In this document: positions 11,467 through 26,400 of the stretch, in pieces
Layout: each line of letters begins with the position of its first letter
How positions within the stretch are numbered: the stretch's first letter is position 1
NCBI RefSeq assembly: GCF_963921235.1
Contig: NC_086125.1
Location: forward strand, 7,936,001 to 8,000,000
Length of the DNA stretch: 64,000 nt
Reading direction: 5' to 3'
Source of the DNA: Mobula hypostoma
Lineage: Eukaryota
The notes under the pieces: generated by a model
The model's input: only the letters and a program-made list of their open reading frames with translations
Database searches by the model: none
Told to the model about the DNA's origin: nothing
Position numbers and translations under genes: made by a program

Positions 11467-14400
11467 CTGCACAAAAGCCATTACACAATCATTAACCATC
11501 TCAGGCAAATACATCAATTGTCAAACCACTAATCCTTCTGAGAATCCCGGAATCTTGCAGATTGCATGTACCTTACTGTTTACTCTCCCATGCTTTCTCA
11601 GATTTTCTAAAAAACACATACTACACATGAAACATTTTGACATGGTACTTCACAACCAATGAAAATCATTTCTGAGGAGTAATGACTGTGAAGGCCAAAT
11701 TTCACCCAGCAAGACCAGAAACAAACATGTGGCAACGCCATAATCTGCTTTAATAATGCTGATTGAGGGGCAAGTAGTGACCAGGATTCCATTGGAAACC
11801 ATCTGCTGTTCTTTGCGTTTGTCATTTTGTTTTAGCTACGAGCCTGAGAAAGCAGGCTGTTTAATCCCTCAGCTGGAAGGCAGCACCTCGGAGAGTGCTC
11901 CCTCAGGTTGGAAGCCCGTGATGAGCTGTGTGCCCAGGGTTCAGAGCTAGGCCCATTGCTGTTTGGTCAAGAACATACAGGGACATGTTTAGGAAGTTTG
12001 CAGATGACAAGAAGAATAGGTGGCATTATGGACAGTGAAGATGGTTATTGGGAATTACAGGGAAATCTTGATCAGCTACGTAAGTAGACAGAGGAATAGC
12101 AAATGGAGTTTAATTCAGATACGGAGGCAGGGTAACATTGTGGTTAGCACAGCGCTTTACAGGACCAGCAACCCAGGTTCAGTTCCTGCCGCTGTCTGTA
12201 AGGAGTTTGCATGATCCCACTGTGACCGTGTGTGTTTCCTCTGAGTTCCTCCCACAGTCCAAAGACGTACCAGCTGGTAGGTTAACTGGTCATTGTAAAT
12301 TGTCCTGTGATTAGGCTAGGGTTCAATCAGGGGTTGCTAGGCACCGCGGCTCAAAAGGCCGGAAAGGGCTGCTTCGTGCTGGAACTCAATCAATCAATAA
12401 GTGTGAGGTGTTGCATTTTGGAAAGTGAAGTTAGTGTAGGACTTTTCACAGTGAACGGCAGAGCCTTGCAGTGTGTTGTGGAACAGAGAGATCGAGGGAT
12501 CTCAGTTCCTTAAAGTGGTGTCACAGGCAGACAGTATGGTGACAAAGGCTTTTGGCACACTGACCTTCATCAGTCAGAGTATCGAGGGTGGCGGGTGTAC
12601 AGGATGTCAGTGGGGCCACATTTGGAATAGTTTTCCGTTCTGCTTGTCCTTCCATAGGAAAGATGTTGTCACCTTCACCCACATCTCCTGCATTTCCCGA
12701 ACATCTCCATCATCTCACCACCTTAACAGTGATCAGATCCGCTTGTCCTTACCCACAACGCCATGAGCCTCTGCATCCAACACATCATTCCCCTCAACAT
12801 CCGCCATCTCCAAAACGACCCTACTGCTAAACATATCGTTACCTCCTCACTCTCTCTGCAGAGATCAATCCCTCAGTGATTCCCTTCTCCATTTGTCCCT
12901 CCCCACTAAACTTTCTCCTGGCACATATCCCTGCAAGTGGCCAAAGTGCTACACCTGCCCATTCACATCCCCGCTCACCTCCATTCAGGGCCACAAACAG
13001 TCCTTCCAGGTGAGGCAACACGTCCCCTGTGAATCTGCTGGGTTGTCTATTCTGTCCGGGGCTCCCAATGTGACCTCTCCCACACTGATGAGATCCATCG
13101 TTCATTGGGGGACAGCTTTGTCGAGCACCTCCGCTCCATCTGTCAAGACCTTTTAATTCTGATTCCCATTCCCATTCATGTCCATCCATGGTCTCCATTG
13201 TTCCAAGATGAGGCCGCCCTCAGAGTGAAGGAGCATCACCTGGGTAGCCATTCCTCCTGGGTAGCCTCCAACCTGATGGCATGAATCTCGATTTCTCCTT
13301 CCGGTTCAAAAACATTCACTCCCACTTTCCTCTTTTGCTATTCCCTCCTGAGAGCCATTACCTCTTCTCACTTGCCTATCAGCTCCCCCTGGGTCTCCTC
13401 CTCGTTCCCTTTCTCCTGTGGTCCACCGTCTTCTATCGGATTCCTTCTTCCCCAGTCCTTCATCTTTCCCATCCACTTAGAATCACCTTTCACCATCTCT
13501 ATTATCCCTCCCCTCCACCCACCTTTTTAGTCTGGTTTCTTCCCCTTCCTTTTCAGGCCTGAAGAAGGGTGTCAGCCCGAAACGTAGACTGGTATGAACA
13601 GTGAAGAGGCCATTTACAAAGCAACACTGTTTGAGGCACAGATCTCAAAGCAAAACACTGCAGATGCTGAAAATCTGAAATAAATACACTAGAATGGGAA
13701 TACTTAGAAGTAAACAGGGTTAACCTTCCAGACCTTTCATTTGATCCAACTTGAAGCTCTGTTTCTCTGTTCCAAGATGCTGTTGGACCTGCTGAGTATC
13801 CCAACATTTTCTGTCTTCATTACTCTTAAAGGTAGTTTGCCCATTTCAACACACACAAAATGCAGGAGGAACTCAGCAGGCCAGGCAGAATCTGTGGAAG
13901 AGAGTAAACAGTCGATGTTTTGGACCGAGACCCTTCAATAGGACTCACGAAGGGACCTGATGAAGAGTCTCAGCCTGAAACATCGACTGTGTACTCTGTT
14001 CCACAGATGCTGCCTGGCCTGCTGAGTTCCTCCAGCACTTTGTGTTGTTGCTTTGGGTTTCCAGCATCTACAGACTTTCTCACGTTTGCCCATTTGCTCC
14101 TTTGCTGTTGGTGTGCAGAGGAATAGGGGAAAATAATGAATAACAGGATGTCAATCTCAGGAATCAGACAGAAGCTCAGTTTAACACCCCATCTGACAGC
14201 TGGTATGTCTGAGACTGCTTTCTCAGTACTGCTCAGGACACTAGCCTGGTTTTAATGCCCAAGATACTCAAGAGAGATTGAACCGCCAATCTCCCGACTC
14301 GAGGCAGGAGTACCATCCGACAAGTCACACGCAGTCTGATGTAGAGAGAGATTGTACACCTTTGTTTATCCTGGGCATGTCATAACTCTCAGCATTTACT

Positions 14401-17400
14401 GGTGATCACTCAGGGATGATATCTTGGCTCTGAAAGGGTTATTTATTTTCTCATCAATGCACTGTGACAAAGGTAACTTACTGACCTTCCAGCTTGATTT
14501 CCACTTGCTTCTCATCTGTTCCAAGTTTATTCCTGGCTCTACACTTGTAAATTCCTTGATGTTCTGATGTTGCCTGGGGAATGTGGAGAACCCCAGGAAG
14601 GTCGGTTTCCCCTGCGACTCCCTGACCGGGTCTTTCCCACGTCAGTGTTACCTGGGGGTTTCCACTGGAGTCACAGGTGATTGTAACTTCATCATCTACT
14701 CTGATGAAGACTGAAAACCCGGACACGGTTTTGTTATTTACTGATATAGTTGTGTTTTGTGGTTTATCTGGAAAAGAGTGAAAAGAGTGAAATTAACCAG
14801 CCCCTCCCATAGGACATAGAACAGTACAGCACGGGGTGGGCCCTTTGTCCCATGATGTTGTACCGACCTTTATAAACCTATTCCATCGACAACCCAACCC
14901 CTCCCTCCTGCACAGCCCATCGTCCTCCATTCTTCTTTCATTCACGTGCCTATCTAAGTCTCTTAAATGTCCCTTATATATCCGTCTCAACACCCACCCC
15001 TGACAGTGCAGTCCAGACACTTCCTACTGACTATGTAAAAACTTGCCTCTGACTCCGTGGCTCATCATAAAAGGATGTCCTCTGCTATAGTCATTACCCC
15101 CGGGGAATTACGTGCTGGCTGTCCACTCTTCCTACGTCTCTTACAATCTTACACAATCATCCTCCTTGGCTCCAAAGAGCTCACTCAACCTTTCCACAGA
15201 AGACATGCTCTCTAATCCAGGCAGCGTCCTGGTAAATCTCCCCTGCACCATTTCTAAAGCTTCTTCATTTTTCCTATAATGAGGTGACTGGACTTCACTA
15301 CACTGTGACTCCAAAAGGCTGGAAAATCGAATTTGACTGTGTGCTGAGCTCACTTCAGAGCAGCTGTGGTCAAAGTCCCGAGAGCCTTCAATCCAGAGTT
15401 CACTCTCAGTAAACAAACCATCTCGCTCTGCAATGAGCCCAGAACTCTCGTTGTCGTCAGGCTGAGAAACAACAGATTCTTTCGAGCCGCATGAGCTCCT
15501 TTTAACCAGAAGCATTTTAAGAGAGCCTTGTGCAGGGAGCAGTCCCACTGTCTGCTTCTCTGGTAGGGGGTGGGGGTGTGATTCACCACCAGGCCACAGT
15601 TTTCTCCAGGAAACACCAACCCTCATTCATGCCACAAGGTGAAGTATCTCAGCACTAACTCACTGTGTCCACTGTGGCTCATGGGAGCACCACCAGTCTT
15701 GTTTCAAACCGTTCTGGATTGAAGTTGTACGCCAGAGACTGGAGCACAATATCGAGGCCGGAGTGGTGGTGAACCTGTGGCATGTGTGCCCAGGATGGCA
15801 CAGGAAGAAACTTTGTTGGCATGCAGCAATGCCCCTCGATTCTTCTGATTTTTTCATTTATTTCAATGTCTCTGTTATACTTTTATTAATAGTAACTTAA
15901 TGAATGCACAAATTGTTACTTATGTGTAAATAACAATTACACATTGTAATAGAGTCAGAGAAAAGTACAGCACAGGAATAGGCCCTTCGGCCCATCTAGT
16001 CCATGCCAAAACTTTGTAAACGGCCTTCTCCCATCGACCTGCACCAGGACCATAGCCCTCCATATCCCTACCATCCATGAACTGATCCAAACTTTGCATA
16101 AACATTGAAGTCAAGCTTGTAAACATCACTTGTGCTGGCAGCTTGATCCACACCATCACGTCCCTCTAAGTGAAGAAAGTTCCCCTCATGTTTGCATTAA
16201 ACCTCACCTTTTACGCTAACCCCATGACCTCTGGTTGTAATCACTCCAACTTCAGTGGAAAAAGCCTGCTTGCATTTACCCTATCGACCCTTCATAACTT
16301 TGGATTCCTCCATACAATCTCTTCTCAACCTTCTATCTACAGAGTAATAAAGTCCCAGTCATAAATAAAGGTATTGACTCTAGAAAATAGGACTCATCCT
16401 TTTTCTTTCGTAGAGTTCATAACTATTTTAACTGATTTAGTAATCAATGATATCTATTAACCCCATCATGTCACTGCACTGAAAACACTTTAAGCCATTT
16501 TTGATAATGCTGTTCACATTGTAAATCCATGATTGTATTTAAATATTTATGCATGTTTTATTCCACATTCATGCTTTAAACTTTATCTTTGATATTATTC
16601 TCTTGTAGTGTTGAATGCTGTTGTACTTTGTCACAGTCACTCACTCACCAACACACCAGAGCAAATTCCTAATCCATATTGTGTATATGGTGAATGAAAT
16701 TGATCCCTGATAATCTCGGCACAAAATTACCATGGCACCCAACAGACATTTTTCAGAAGATCATCACCAGTTTAGACAGACGACCCCAAAAGGGTTTGTC
16801 ACCCCTCATTTCGGCTGACTTTACAGTGATGTTCTCAGGAGGTCCCACATTGACACAGTGCCGTCCTTTAACTCAGATATTAAGCTGAAGTTTCATTTTG
16901 TAGAGTTGCCATTCTGAAGAGGAACAGAATTCACCCTTGTGCCCTGGGCATATTTTGCTTCTGTTTTTGATCTGACTGTGTAATGATATTGTACAGACAG
17001 GGAATAAAGCAACTTATTCTGATCTCATGTCTTATGGTCTTATGGTCTATTCCACAAAGAAACCTCCTATACTTACACAAAATCTCTGCACGATGAGAGG
17101 AGTTGGTGGAACCAATATCATTGCGGACTCTGCACATGTACTGACCACTGTCTCCCAGTTGGACTGAGTGGATGTGCAGTGTCTCACCACTACTGATCGT
17201 TTTTCCATCTTTGATCCAGCGCACCTCCGGAACTGGGTTGGCATCTGCGCGACAGGTTAAAATCTGGGATTTCCCTTCAATCCAGTCCTGCTTTCCAGAG
17301 ATCTGTGCTTTCCTTGGAGAATCTGTAAAGTTGGTTAGAAATAGAAATTAAAAGCTGAAAGTTAAGAGCACAGAATCATTTCTTGGTGATTTTTGGTGCT

Positions 17401-20400
17401 GACCAAGTTCCACTTCTCAGAGTAGAGAGACTTTTACTTTAATAGCCTGTGCTACCACCAAGCACAGCAAGTCAAACACACTCGGTGGCCACTTTATTAG
17501 GTATACCTGAAGACCCCAGTTTGGTCTTCTGCTGCTGTAGCCCATCCTCTTCACAGTTCAACATGTTGTGCATTCAGAGATGCTCTTCTGCACACCACTG
17601 TTGTAACACCTGGTTATTTGAGTTCCTGTCACTTTCCTGTCAGCTTGAACCAGTCTGGCACTCTCCTCTGACCTCTCCTGTTAACAAGGTGATTTTGACC
17701 ACTGAAGCACCGCCTACTGGATAGTTTTTGTTTTTTGCACCAATCTCTGCAACTCCTTGTGCATGAAAATCTCTGGAGGTTGGCAGCTTGAGATACTCAA
17801 ACCACCCTGTCTGGCACCAACAATCATTCCATAGTCAATGTCACTTACATGCTAATGTTTGATCTAAATGTGACTAAACCTTTCCTATCCATGGACCTGC
17901 CCAAGTGCCTTTCAGACCATTTTGAGAGGACTCAAATATCAAAGCAAAGAGGTAATGTTAAGGCTTTATGAAGCACTGGTGAGGCCTCACGGAGTATTAT
18001 GAGCAGTTTTAGGCCCCTTATCTGAGAAAGGATGTACTGAAACTGGAGAAGGTACAAAGGAGGTTCACGAAAATGATTCCTGCGTTGAAAGGCTTGTCAG
18101 ATGAGGAGCTTTTGATGGGTCTGAACTCACTGGAATTCAATAAGATGAGGGGAATCTCATTGAAACCCATCGTATGTTGAACGGTCTCGATAGAGTGGAT
18201 TTGGAGAGGAGAGTGGCAGAGTCCAGGGCCAGAGGACACGGCCACAGAATAGAGGGGTGTCCTTTTCGAATGGGGATAAGGAAGAACTTCTTCAGCCAGA
18301 GAGAGGTGAATCTGTTGAATTTGTTGCCACAGACAGTTGTGGAGGCCAAGTCACTGGGTATATTTAAGGCGAAGGTTGATAGATTCTTGATTAGTTGCGG
18401 CGTGAAGGGATAAGGGGAGAAGGCAGGAGATTGAGGCTGAGAGGCAAAATGGATCAGCCATGATGAAATGACGGAGCAGACACAATGGGCCAAATGGCCT
18501 AATTCTGCTCCTATATCTTATGGTTTTTTAATTGTTATCAACATAGTTACTGAGGCTCTGTGATTTATCGACTCTTTTCCGTTTTATGTCTTTCATAATC
18601 TGTGTTTTTGCACGATCTTTCTTTATGCCGTATAAGTGATTTAATTTTGATGTTTGATCATCTTGTTGCCACTGTGCAACTTAAATTTGGCCCGATTTGT
18701 AAGTTTTTCATTGCGAGGGGGGTTGATGTTCTGGCAGTTCAGTGATTTGTTTTTCTGCATGGGGGAGGGAGGATTTGATGCTTGTTGCCGTTGCCATTGA
18801 AATTTGGGGAGATTTGTAAGTTCTGTTCTGTGGCATGAACGGCTTCCATATTTTACTTTGTTTCCTGCCTATCTGGAGAATACGAATCTCAGAGTCATGC
18901 TGCGTACATACTGTGATAATAAATGAACTTTTGAAACTTTTTCATCTGGTAGCTCATTCCATGTAACCTCTTGATGAAAATGTTGCTCCTTGGGTTCCTG
19001 TTGCTTCTCCCCCCTCTCAGCTTAAACCAATGCCTGCAATGGGATAAGCATCACAATCAATACCAGTACAGTATAACAGTTATCCCTAATGGAATTACTT
19101 TGTCATCTACTGAATAATTTGCTGAACTCTGTCAGGGGTTAACAACAGTAAGCTTCATGCCTGTAGTTGGCAGTGGTTCACATTTAGAACAGTGAAAGAT
19201 GTGCATTACAGCTTTAATGCCTGCTGAGCATTGGGAACTTCGTGCTTTTGAGGAGAGCTGAGGAAGTCTGCAGTTCATAGTGATCCCACAAGGTGGCAGT
19301 GCATCATGCATTTTGATATTGAGCTTCGCCTCTTTTAAACCTCCCTACACTGAGCCCATTTATTCCCTGAGATCCTCAAAGGAGAGAAAATGAGCATTGT
19401 TACTTCAATATTGGTAGAAATTGTATAATTCCAATACTCCCACCTTGGATATAGCAACAGAAAGGAAAGGTGAAAAGTTACAGACCAGATTTAATATCAC
19501 CGGTACAGCTCAGTGACGATTTGTTAACCGTAACGGCAGCAGAACAATGAAGCAGATTACCAATAATTATAAAGAAACAAAGCTGATTTACACCAACTAT
19601 ATATATTTATTTATATGTCTACTAAATAGTTAAATTAAAATAAGTAGTATCGAACAAAAAGTAGTGAGGTAGTGTTCATGGGCTCAATGTCATTTAGAAA
19701 TCAGATACCACCTTCTAGAAGTTTTGGGCAGGTATCAGAACCCATCCTGGACTTGGTTCAGGATCTCTTATTCCCTCGAACCTCTCCCCACTCCATGTTC
19801 TCTGGAACATCCAGCATTAGCCAAGCTGAGGTCCCGAGAAGTGCCTGACGAAGAGTTGATCTGAAATGTTAACTTGGACCGACTTGTGTGTTGCTAACGT
19901 TTTGTGTGTTTTGTTTCTGAAGCGTCCCAGTGCACCCGCACCTCTTCATTTGCTCCTTGAAAAGTCCTGTTGAACTGAGTCACAGGGACATAATGGACAG
20001 CCTCTGACTGTATTATCTGGAGTGTATGAGACTGAGAGCTGTTCTTATAAAGGTGTATAAAATCACAACCATTATCTCATGTTCTGGTTATTTATTGCTA
20101 TTTATTTCAATTTGTATTTGCACAGTTCATTGACGTCTGATTGATCCTGTTATGGTTACTATTCTGTGGATTTGCTGAGGATGCCCAGAGGCAAATGATC
20201 TCAGGGTTCTATGTGGTGACATGTATGAACTCTGATAGTAAATTTACTTTGAACTTTCAACACGAGGGCACATGTCCGAGATGAGTGGGAACATGAGACG
20301 AGTTTCTCTAGTTTGTGACAAGTTACAAAACCAGTTGTCACAGAATAGGGGAACTTCGGGTTCAGAAGGGAACGTACAAAGGACAGAGTTATGTTGACCT

Positions 20401-23400
20401 TTGTTATCAGGCTGGCCAGGTGACAGGAAACCTCGAGACGAAATGTTTCAGTGAGTTACAGTATCGCAACGTGGAAAGTTGACCAGGTACGCTCCATCCA
20501 CAAAGAGCAGAACAAAGCCAACACAATCATTTGGTGTTTGCTCCCTGACGTGGGAATACTGTATATTCCAGTTGTTCACCGGTTACTGAGTTACCAAAAG
20601 CTTTGCACAATTACCTTCACCAGACCGACGCCATTAGTTCACGAGAGAAACTTAGCAGCGCCATAAGGGAAATCAGAAACAGGTAACAGATGTTGGCCAT
20701 GTCAGTGTTGCCTGATTCCAAAGAAACGAATCGGCAAAACAAAAAATACAAGATTTTGATTGGGAAGGGTGAGGGGGGAGGGGGGTAGGTCAGGAAATGG
20801 AGTCGTTGGAGGTGGGGGTCACAGAGGGGTCGCAGGAGGTTGGGGGCAAAGAGCGGTCACGGGAGGGTCGGTCAGACAGGGGTCATGGGAAGGGGGTCAG
20901 AGAAGGCACGGGGAGTCAAAGAGGGGGCACTGAATGAACTCAGGCCTCACGCCGCGGGGTCACTTGCTTTTCCGCCGCTGGGGGTGAGGTGTCTGAGCCG
21001 TCATGAGCAGCACAGCGCTGTTGTGGTTGACTGAAGATTCCATTTGAACTGAGGGGTCTGGACTATATGCATATACATTTGTCTGCTTGTGTCTTTATTT
21101 TTTTTTGATATATTCCTCTATTTGTGAGGACTGGACCTCTACGCCACATATCGCCGTGCGGCCGTTGGGCATCAGGGCCAGTCGAAAGATGATCACAGTG
21201 ACTGGGGGTCTGGACTATACATGTGCATAATCTGTGTCGTTGCAATTTACTGATGTTCTGTATGGGTTTGTTGATCTGTACATGTAGGAACTGGGCATCA
21301 AACAGCGGTGATTCCGGGTGGGGGGGGGAGTGTGGGAGGCAAACCTGGACTCTTTCATTCGGTGAATGTGTTCTTGCGTGTGACTGCCGGTAATGTGTTT
21401 TAGCACCTTGGCCCCATTAGTAACGCTCTCTCGTTTGGCTGTACTCATCTGTGGTTGAATGACAATTAAACTTGAACTCAATTGAAGATGATTTGACTTG
21501 GTTCGGGTTTAGACAGAGCAAATAGTGATCAGGTGACCCTGTCAGTGGATAGTTGGAAGTCCCTCAAGTCAGAGTCCCAGGCAACCGTGGGGAGTTGAGC
21601 AGAACTCGTTCATGTGGAGTGTGTTTGTGAGGTGGAACTCTCTTCCTGAAGGCTGAGGGAGCAGAATCAATCAGGCTGAAGGATTGGCTCGAGGGAAAGT
21701 AGGTTGGAAGGCTAATGGGGGCTAAATGGATTAATTTGAAAAGAGCAGGGAGGGTCTTGATGGGCTGAATGGCCTCTGTTGTAATGATTCTAGGATATAA
21801 TTTTTATTTTATTTAGAGATATATTACGGTTACAAGCCATTCGGCATCTACAAGCCTGCACCACCCAATTACTCACATGTGACTACATATCTATGTCTAT
21901 GAAGGTGACTCTTTGGCAGCCGCTGCCTGTTCAATACTTGTTCCACTACACTCGCCAGGGTGGTTCCATTCATTGTATGAGCCCCACCCTCAAATGGATC
22001 GGGATTGAACACCATTGTCCAGCCCTCGGCCCACTCTCTTAGATAACCAGGATGACCCTGTAAGTTACTGATAACTCTTTACTGCCTACAATATCACTGG
22101 TACCATCTGCAAACTCACGCCTTCTCACACAAATATAAGTAATGAACAACAAAGATGCCATTGGCAGTCTCTGCGGGATACCATTAACCACAGGCCTTCA
22201 GCGAAGAAACAGGTTTCCACCATTTCCCTCTGCTTCCGACTGGCAAACCATTTGTGAATCCAGTTAACCATCTCTGCCCTGTCCCTCCTGACCACCATCC
22301 TCATGGTCTCCTCTTTGGAAAAACTCTAACCAATTTTTCAGTCAGGGTTTGCCACATACAGAGCCATGCTGATTCTCCCAAATCATAACTTGTCCATCCA
22401 AACCCCAGATTCCTATCCCGACACTGATGTCGGATGTGTTCCCTTATTATTTGTCATATTAACCCAGATTGGATGAATTGCTTTAATATTTCCTTCTAAT
22501 TAACCCTCAGCTAATTTAACATGGGACATGATGGTTAGCACAACACTTTACAGTACAGGCCAACGGGGTTTAATTCCTGCAACTGCCTGTAAGGATTCTG
22601 TACATTCTCCCTGTCACCGTGTGGGTCCCCTCCGGGTGCCCTGGTTTCCTCCCACAGTCCAAAGACATATCGGTTGGGAGGTTAATTGTTCATTATAAAG
22701 TGTCCCATGATCATGCTAGGGTTAAATCAGGGTATTACTGGGCAGTGAGGCTTAAAGGGCCAGAATGGCCTATTCTGTGCTGTATCTCAATAAATAAAAA
22801 TAAATATAACACAGTACAAAATAAAAATAAGATAACTCAGTACAGCCCTTCAGTCCATCTTGTGCACACTGACCATGATACCATTCTAACTGCCTGCACA
22901 TGGCCTGTGTCCCTCTATTCCCTGCCAGTCTAAATATTATTAAAAGTTAAATCATACCTGCTTCTGCGAGCACGTTCCAGGAAGCTACCACTCTCTATGC
23001 AACAAAAAATGACCTTGCACATCTTAAAGTCTTCACTCTGTCATTCACCCTTTCTCCCATCCCGCAAACGGTCAGGTCCGCATTGGGACCTTGCTGTGTG
23101 TGGACTGAGAATACTGCTCACCATTGTACAACAGGACACTAATGTACAATGGCCCCATGTGTCTCCACAGTACTGATGCATCAAAATAGGAGAAATGATT
23201 GATCCAGTTAAACACTCTCAAAGCAACACACACACAATGCTGGAGGGACTCAGCAGGTCAGGCAGCATCTATGGAAATGACATTTCAGGCCGAGACCCTT
23301 CTTCAGCACTGGAAAGGAAGGGGGAAGACTGCAGGACACTCCCGTAGTTTGAAGAGTTCTGTATGGAGTGGGAGGAGAGCTGGTTGTTCGTTCATCTGCA

Positions 23401-26400
23401 TTTGAAATAAAGAACTCAACAGCCTTTAGTGTTGATAATCAGATCACTTACACTGGACATCGAGAGTGGCTGACTGTCGTTTAACAATGGTGTTGGAGTG
23501 ATGGTGAAGTGTCAGCTCGGCCTCACAGGTGAACTGCTGTCCATTCAACTCTGCTCGTGGATTCACAGTGTGGTAGATAGTCAGCCCAGTACTGGCTGAC
23601 CTGTTCACTAATATCTCACTTCCCTCCTTCAGTCTGAGTTGAAGTTCCCCTGAGACGTTAAACACACTGCAGGTAATATTCACTGGAATTCCCTCAGTGG
23701 TGATCGGGATTTGGATTTCAGGGTTGGAGAAAACTGTAACAACAGAAAACATTGTCAGAAACTTTCTCAAAGTGAGTTCTGCAGCCCTTCTGTACCACTA
23801 GACTGAGGTAGCAAATGGAACTCTTTTGAAGTCTGTCTGTGGTACAGCACCCACCTCCCTCGCTGTGTGTCTAGTGGCTAAAGAAGGTGCTGCAGGAATT
23901 ATCAAAATCCCCCCCCCCCCCGCCACAGTTCCCAGCATCATTCACTGCTGACCCAATCTCATCAAAGCAAACGACACATTGGTTCAGTGCATCCGACAGA
24001 GTGGAACTTTGCAGCACACACACACACATATACACACACGTAAACACACACATATACACACGCATAAACACACACATAAACACGCATAAACACACATGTA
24101 GTCCCCCTGGCCAGCCTCAGGGTCACTCAGCTCACTGTCATCTAGGGAAACAGTCCTCGGCCCCGCCAAACTGGGTAATCAGTTTGTGTGGATGCTGTGT
24201 GATGTACCACACCCCACCCAAATTACAAACAATACACCAGGTACGATTAAATGATTTACAGTTTATAGATGTTACTGGAAATATATAATTAATAGAGAAT
24301 AAAATATAAAAGGAAAGTAAAAGGTACCACACTTCTCGAAGTTCAATCACTACGTGCACAAGCAGTTGGAGCTCAGGACCCTCCTTCTTCACCCAGCGTC
24401 TCCCCTCGGACCTCCTCGACCTGCTGCCTGGGACCAACAACGGTGGTCGACCAGATGCTCCACACGACTCCGTCTCCGTCTCCTCTCCTCGCCGAACACT
24501 CTGGACCTCGGACTCCTGCTCGGGGTCGGACCCCGTTAGCGGACTTACAGCACCCAGTCCATCCTCTGTCTCTCTCTCTCTCTCTTCTGCCTTCTCCCCA
24601 AAAACCCGCACAACACACTAACTTACAGACACACAGAAAGCATAACATCCATCCCAATTGGTTTGTTCACCTTCCCATCAGTAACATAATCCAAATAAAC
24701 TGCTAGCGGGAGGACTTTCTCAGCAGTTAACATAACAAAGAAGCCATTTGAAGTAGACTACGCAGTAACATAAAAGAAACCCCTTACACACTCATATACA
24801 CACATGTAAACACACACACATACACACATGTAAACACGCACATATACACACAGATTTATTTACAATGTCTTTGAGTCTGAACAATCCTGGAAAATTGTCA
24901 TTCACCACCACAACAGGGTTGACTTGGCCAGTAACCAGCCTTCAAATGTTTCTCAGACATTTCAGATGGCACTTTGCCTTCAAAGCAATGGTAAATAATC
25001 CACAGAATTAATTCCTTGGGTATGAAGTACTTCGGTGTATTGTGAGGGTGGAATATATTTTACTGACAATATGTATATGTTGTGACATTTGTGGATTTAT
25101 AGCAGTAGTACAGTGCAATACATAAATTAAACGATAAATTGCAATTAGATACACACACAATACCTAATTGTGACTTATAGATTATTTTATCTATTGCACT
25201 GTACTGCTGCCACAAATCAACAAAATTCACAACACATATCAATAATAATAAACCTGATTCTGATTTAACTTTGCTGCAAACTTCTGTCTCCTTTCTATCT
25301 AATGATACGTTTGCTGGCAGCCTTTGATCCCACATTCAGTTTCTATCTCTGACAAATTCAATTGCCGGTCGCTGCTTCTGCAACACGATCTTATCCTGGT
25401 ACACAGATTTCCGAATGGATGTGCACTACCTCAGTATTTGATTTTTGCTCTCTTTTTGCAATACTATATAGATATGTACATCTTACTGTAATTTATAATT
25501 TGTTCTTGTTATTCTGCTTAATATTGTACTGCTGCTGCAAAACAATAAATTTCATGACATGTGCCAATGGTGTTGAACCAGATTCTGATTAATGTCTAGG
25601 CTCAGTCTCATGCTCCATTGAACCTGCTCCATTGATAATCCCATGGCTAAATAACTACAACTGATTCAAAGGTTCATTTTATTGTCAAAGTTTGTATTCA
25701 GAATACAGCTCTGATATTTGTCTTCCCCAGATAGCCATGAATTTCAGAAAAACTGTGGGAGTTGAAAGAAAAGACATTGACCACCTCCAACTGACCTACC
25801 CACTCCCTGCATGAAAAAGGAAAAGAAACAAATCTGGGCAAACACCCCACCCCTCCCTTTTACAAAATAAACTAACAGATCGCCCACATAGAAAACAGCA
25901 GCTGAAACTTCAAACCCCAAACCTCCCAACCCCTGCCGCACACAAAAGCTATCAGATCGCCAACATGGAAAACGGCAGCTAGAACAAATCCCAAACTCCC
26001 AATGCCCTCCCTCATGAAGATAAACAGGAATAATAACATCAACCCCCCCCCCCCCGGCCAGCTCCCTCCCCTAAAGCCTATATTCCTTTTTCCCCAGAAT
26101 TCTATTGATTTTTGTTTGAAATACCGGTTGACTGCAAATCTGCTCCATGTTGCTGCCTGTTGACTGTCTAGGAGCAGGAAGGAAACTCTAAAACATTACT
26201 GTCTAGTCAAAGTGCTCAATTATCCAGCATACTTACCATACACGTCAATGGTAATGCTATCATTCTTTGATGAAACTGATGGATAGTCCTGAAAATCTGC
26301 CACGCAGTTGAGTTCAGTCAGACCGGTCTCTCGTGGTGTCCATGTAGCTGTTGTCTGGACTGTGGTGGGATTTGATCTACTGGCAACTGAATTCCATTCC

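Noticed and set aside
15141-15626. 161-aa minus-strand ORF in intron 9
   Set aside because: The C-terminal part is CR1 debris; the rest has no Ig signature or convincing splice sites and is absent from unit A.
20760-20930. G-rich tract with G-quadruplex potential
   Set aside because: Low-complexity intronic sequence absent from the paralogous unit; no evidence of function.
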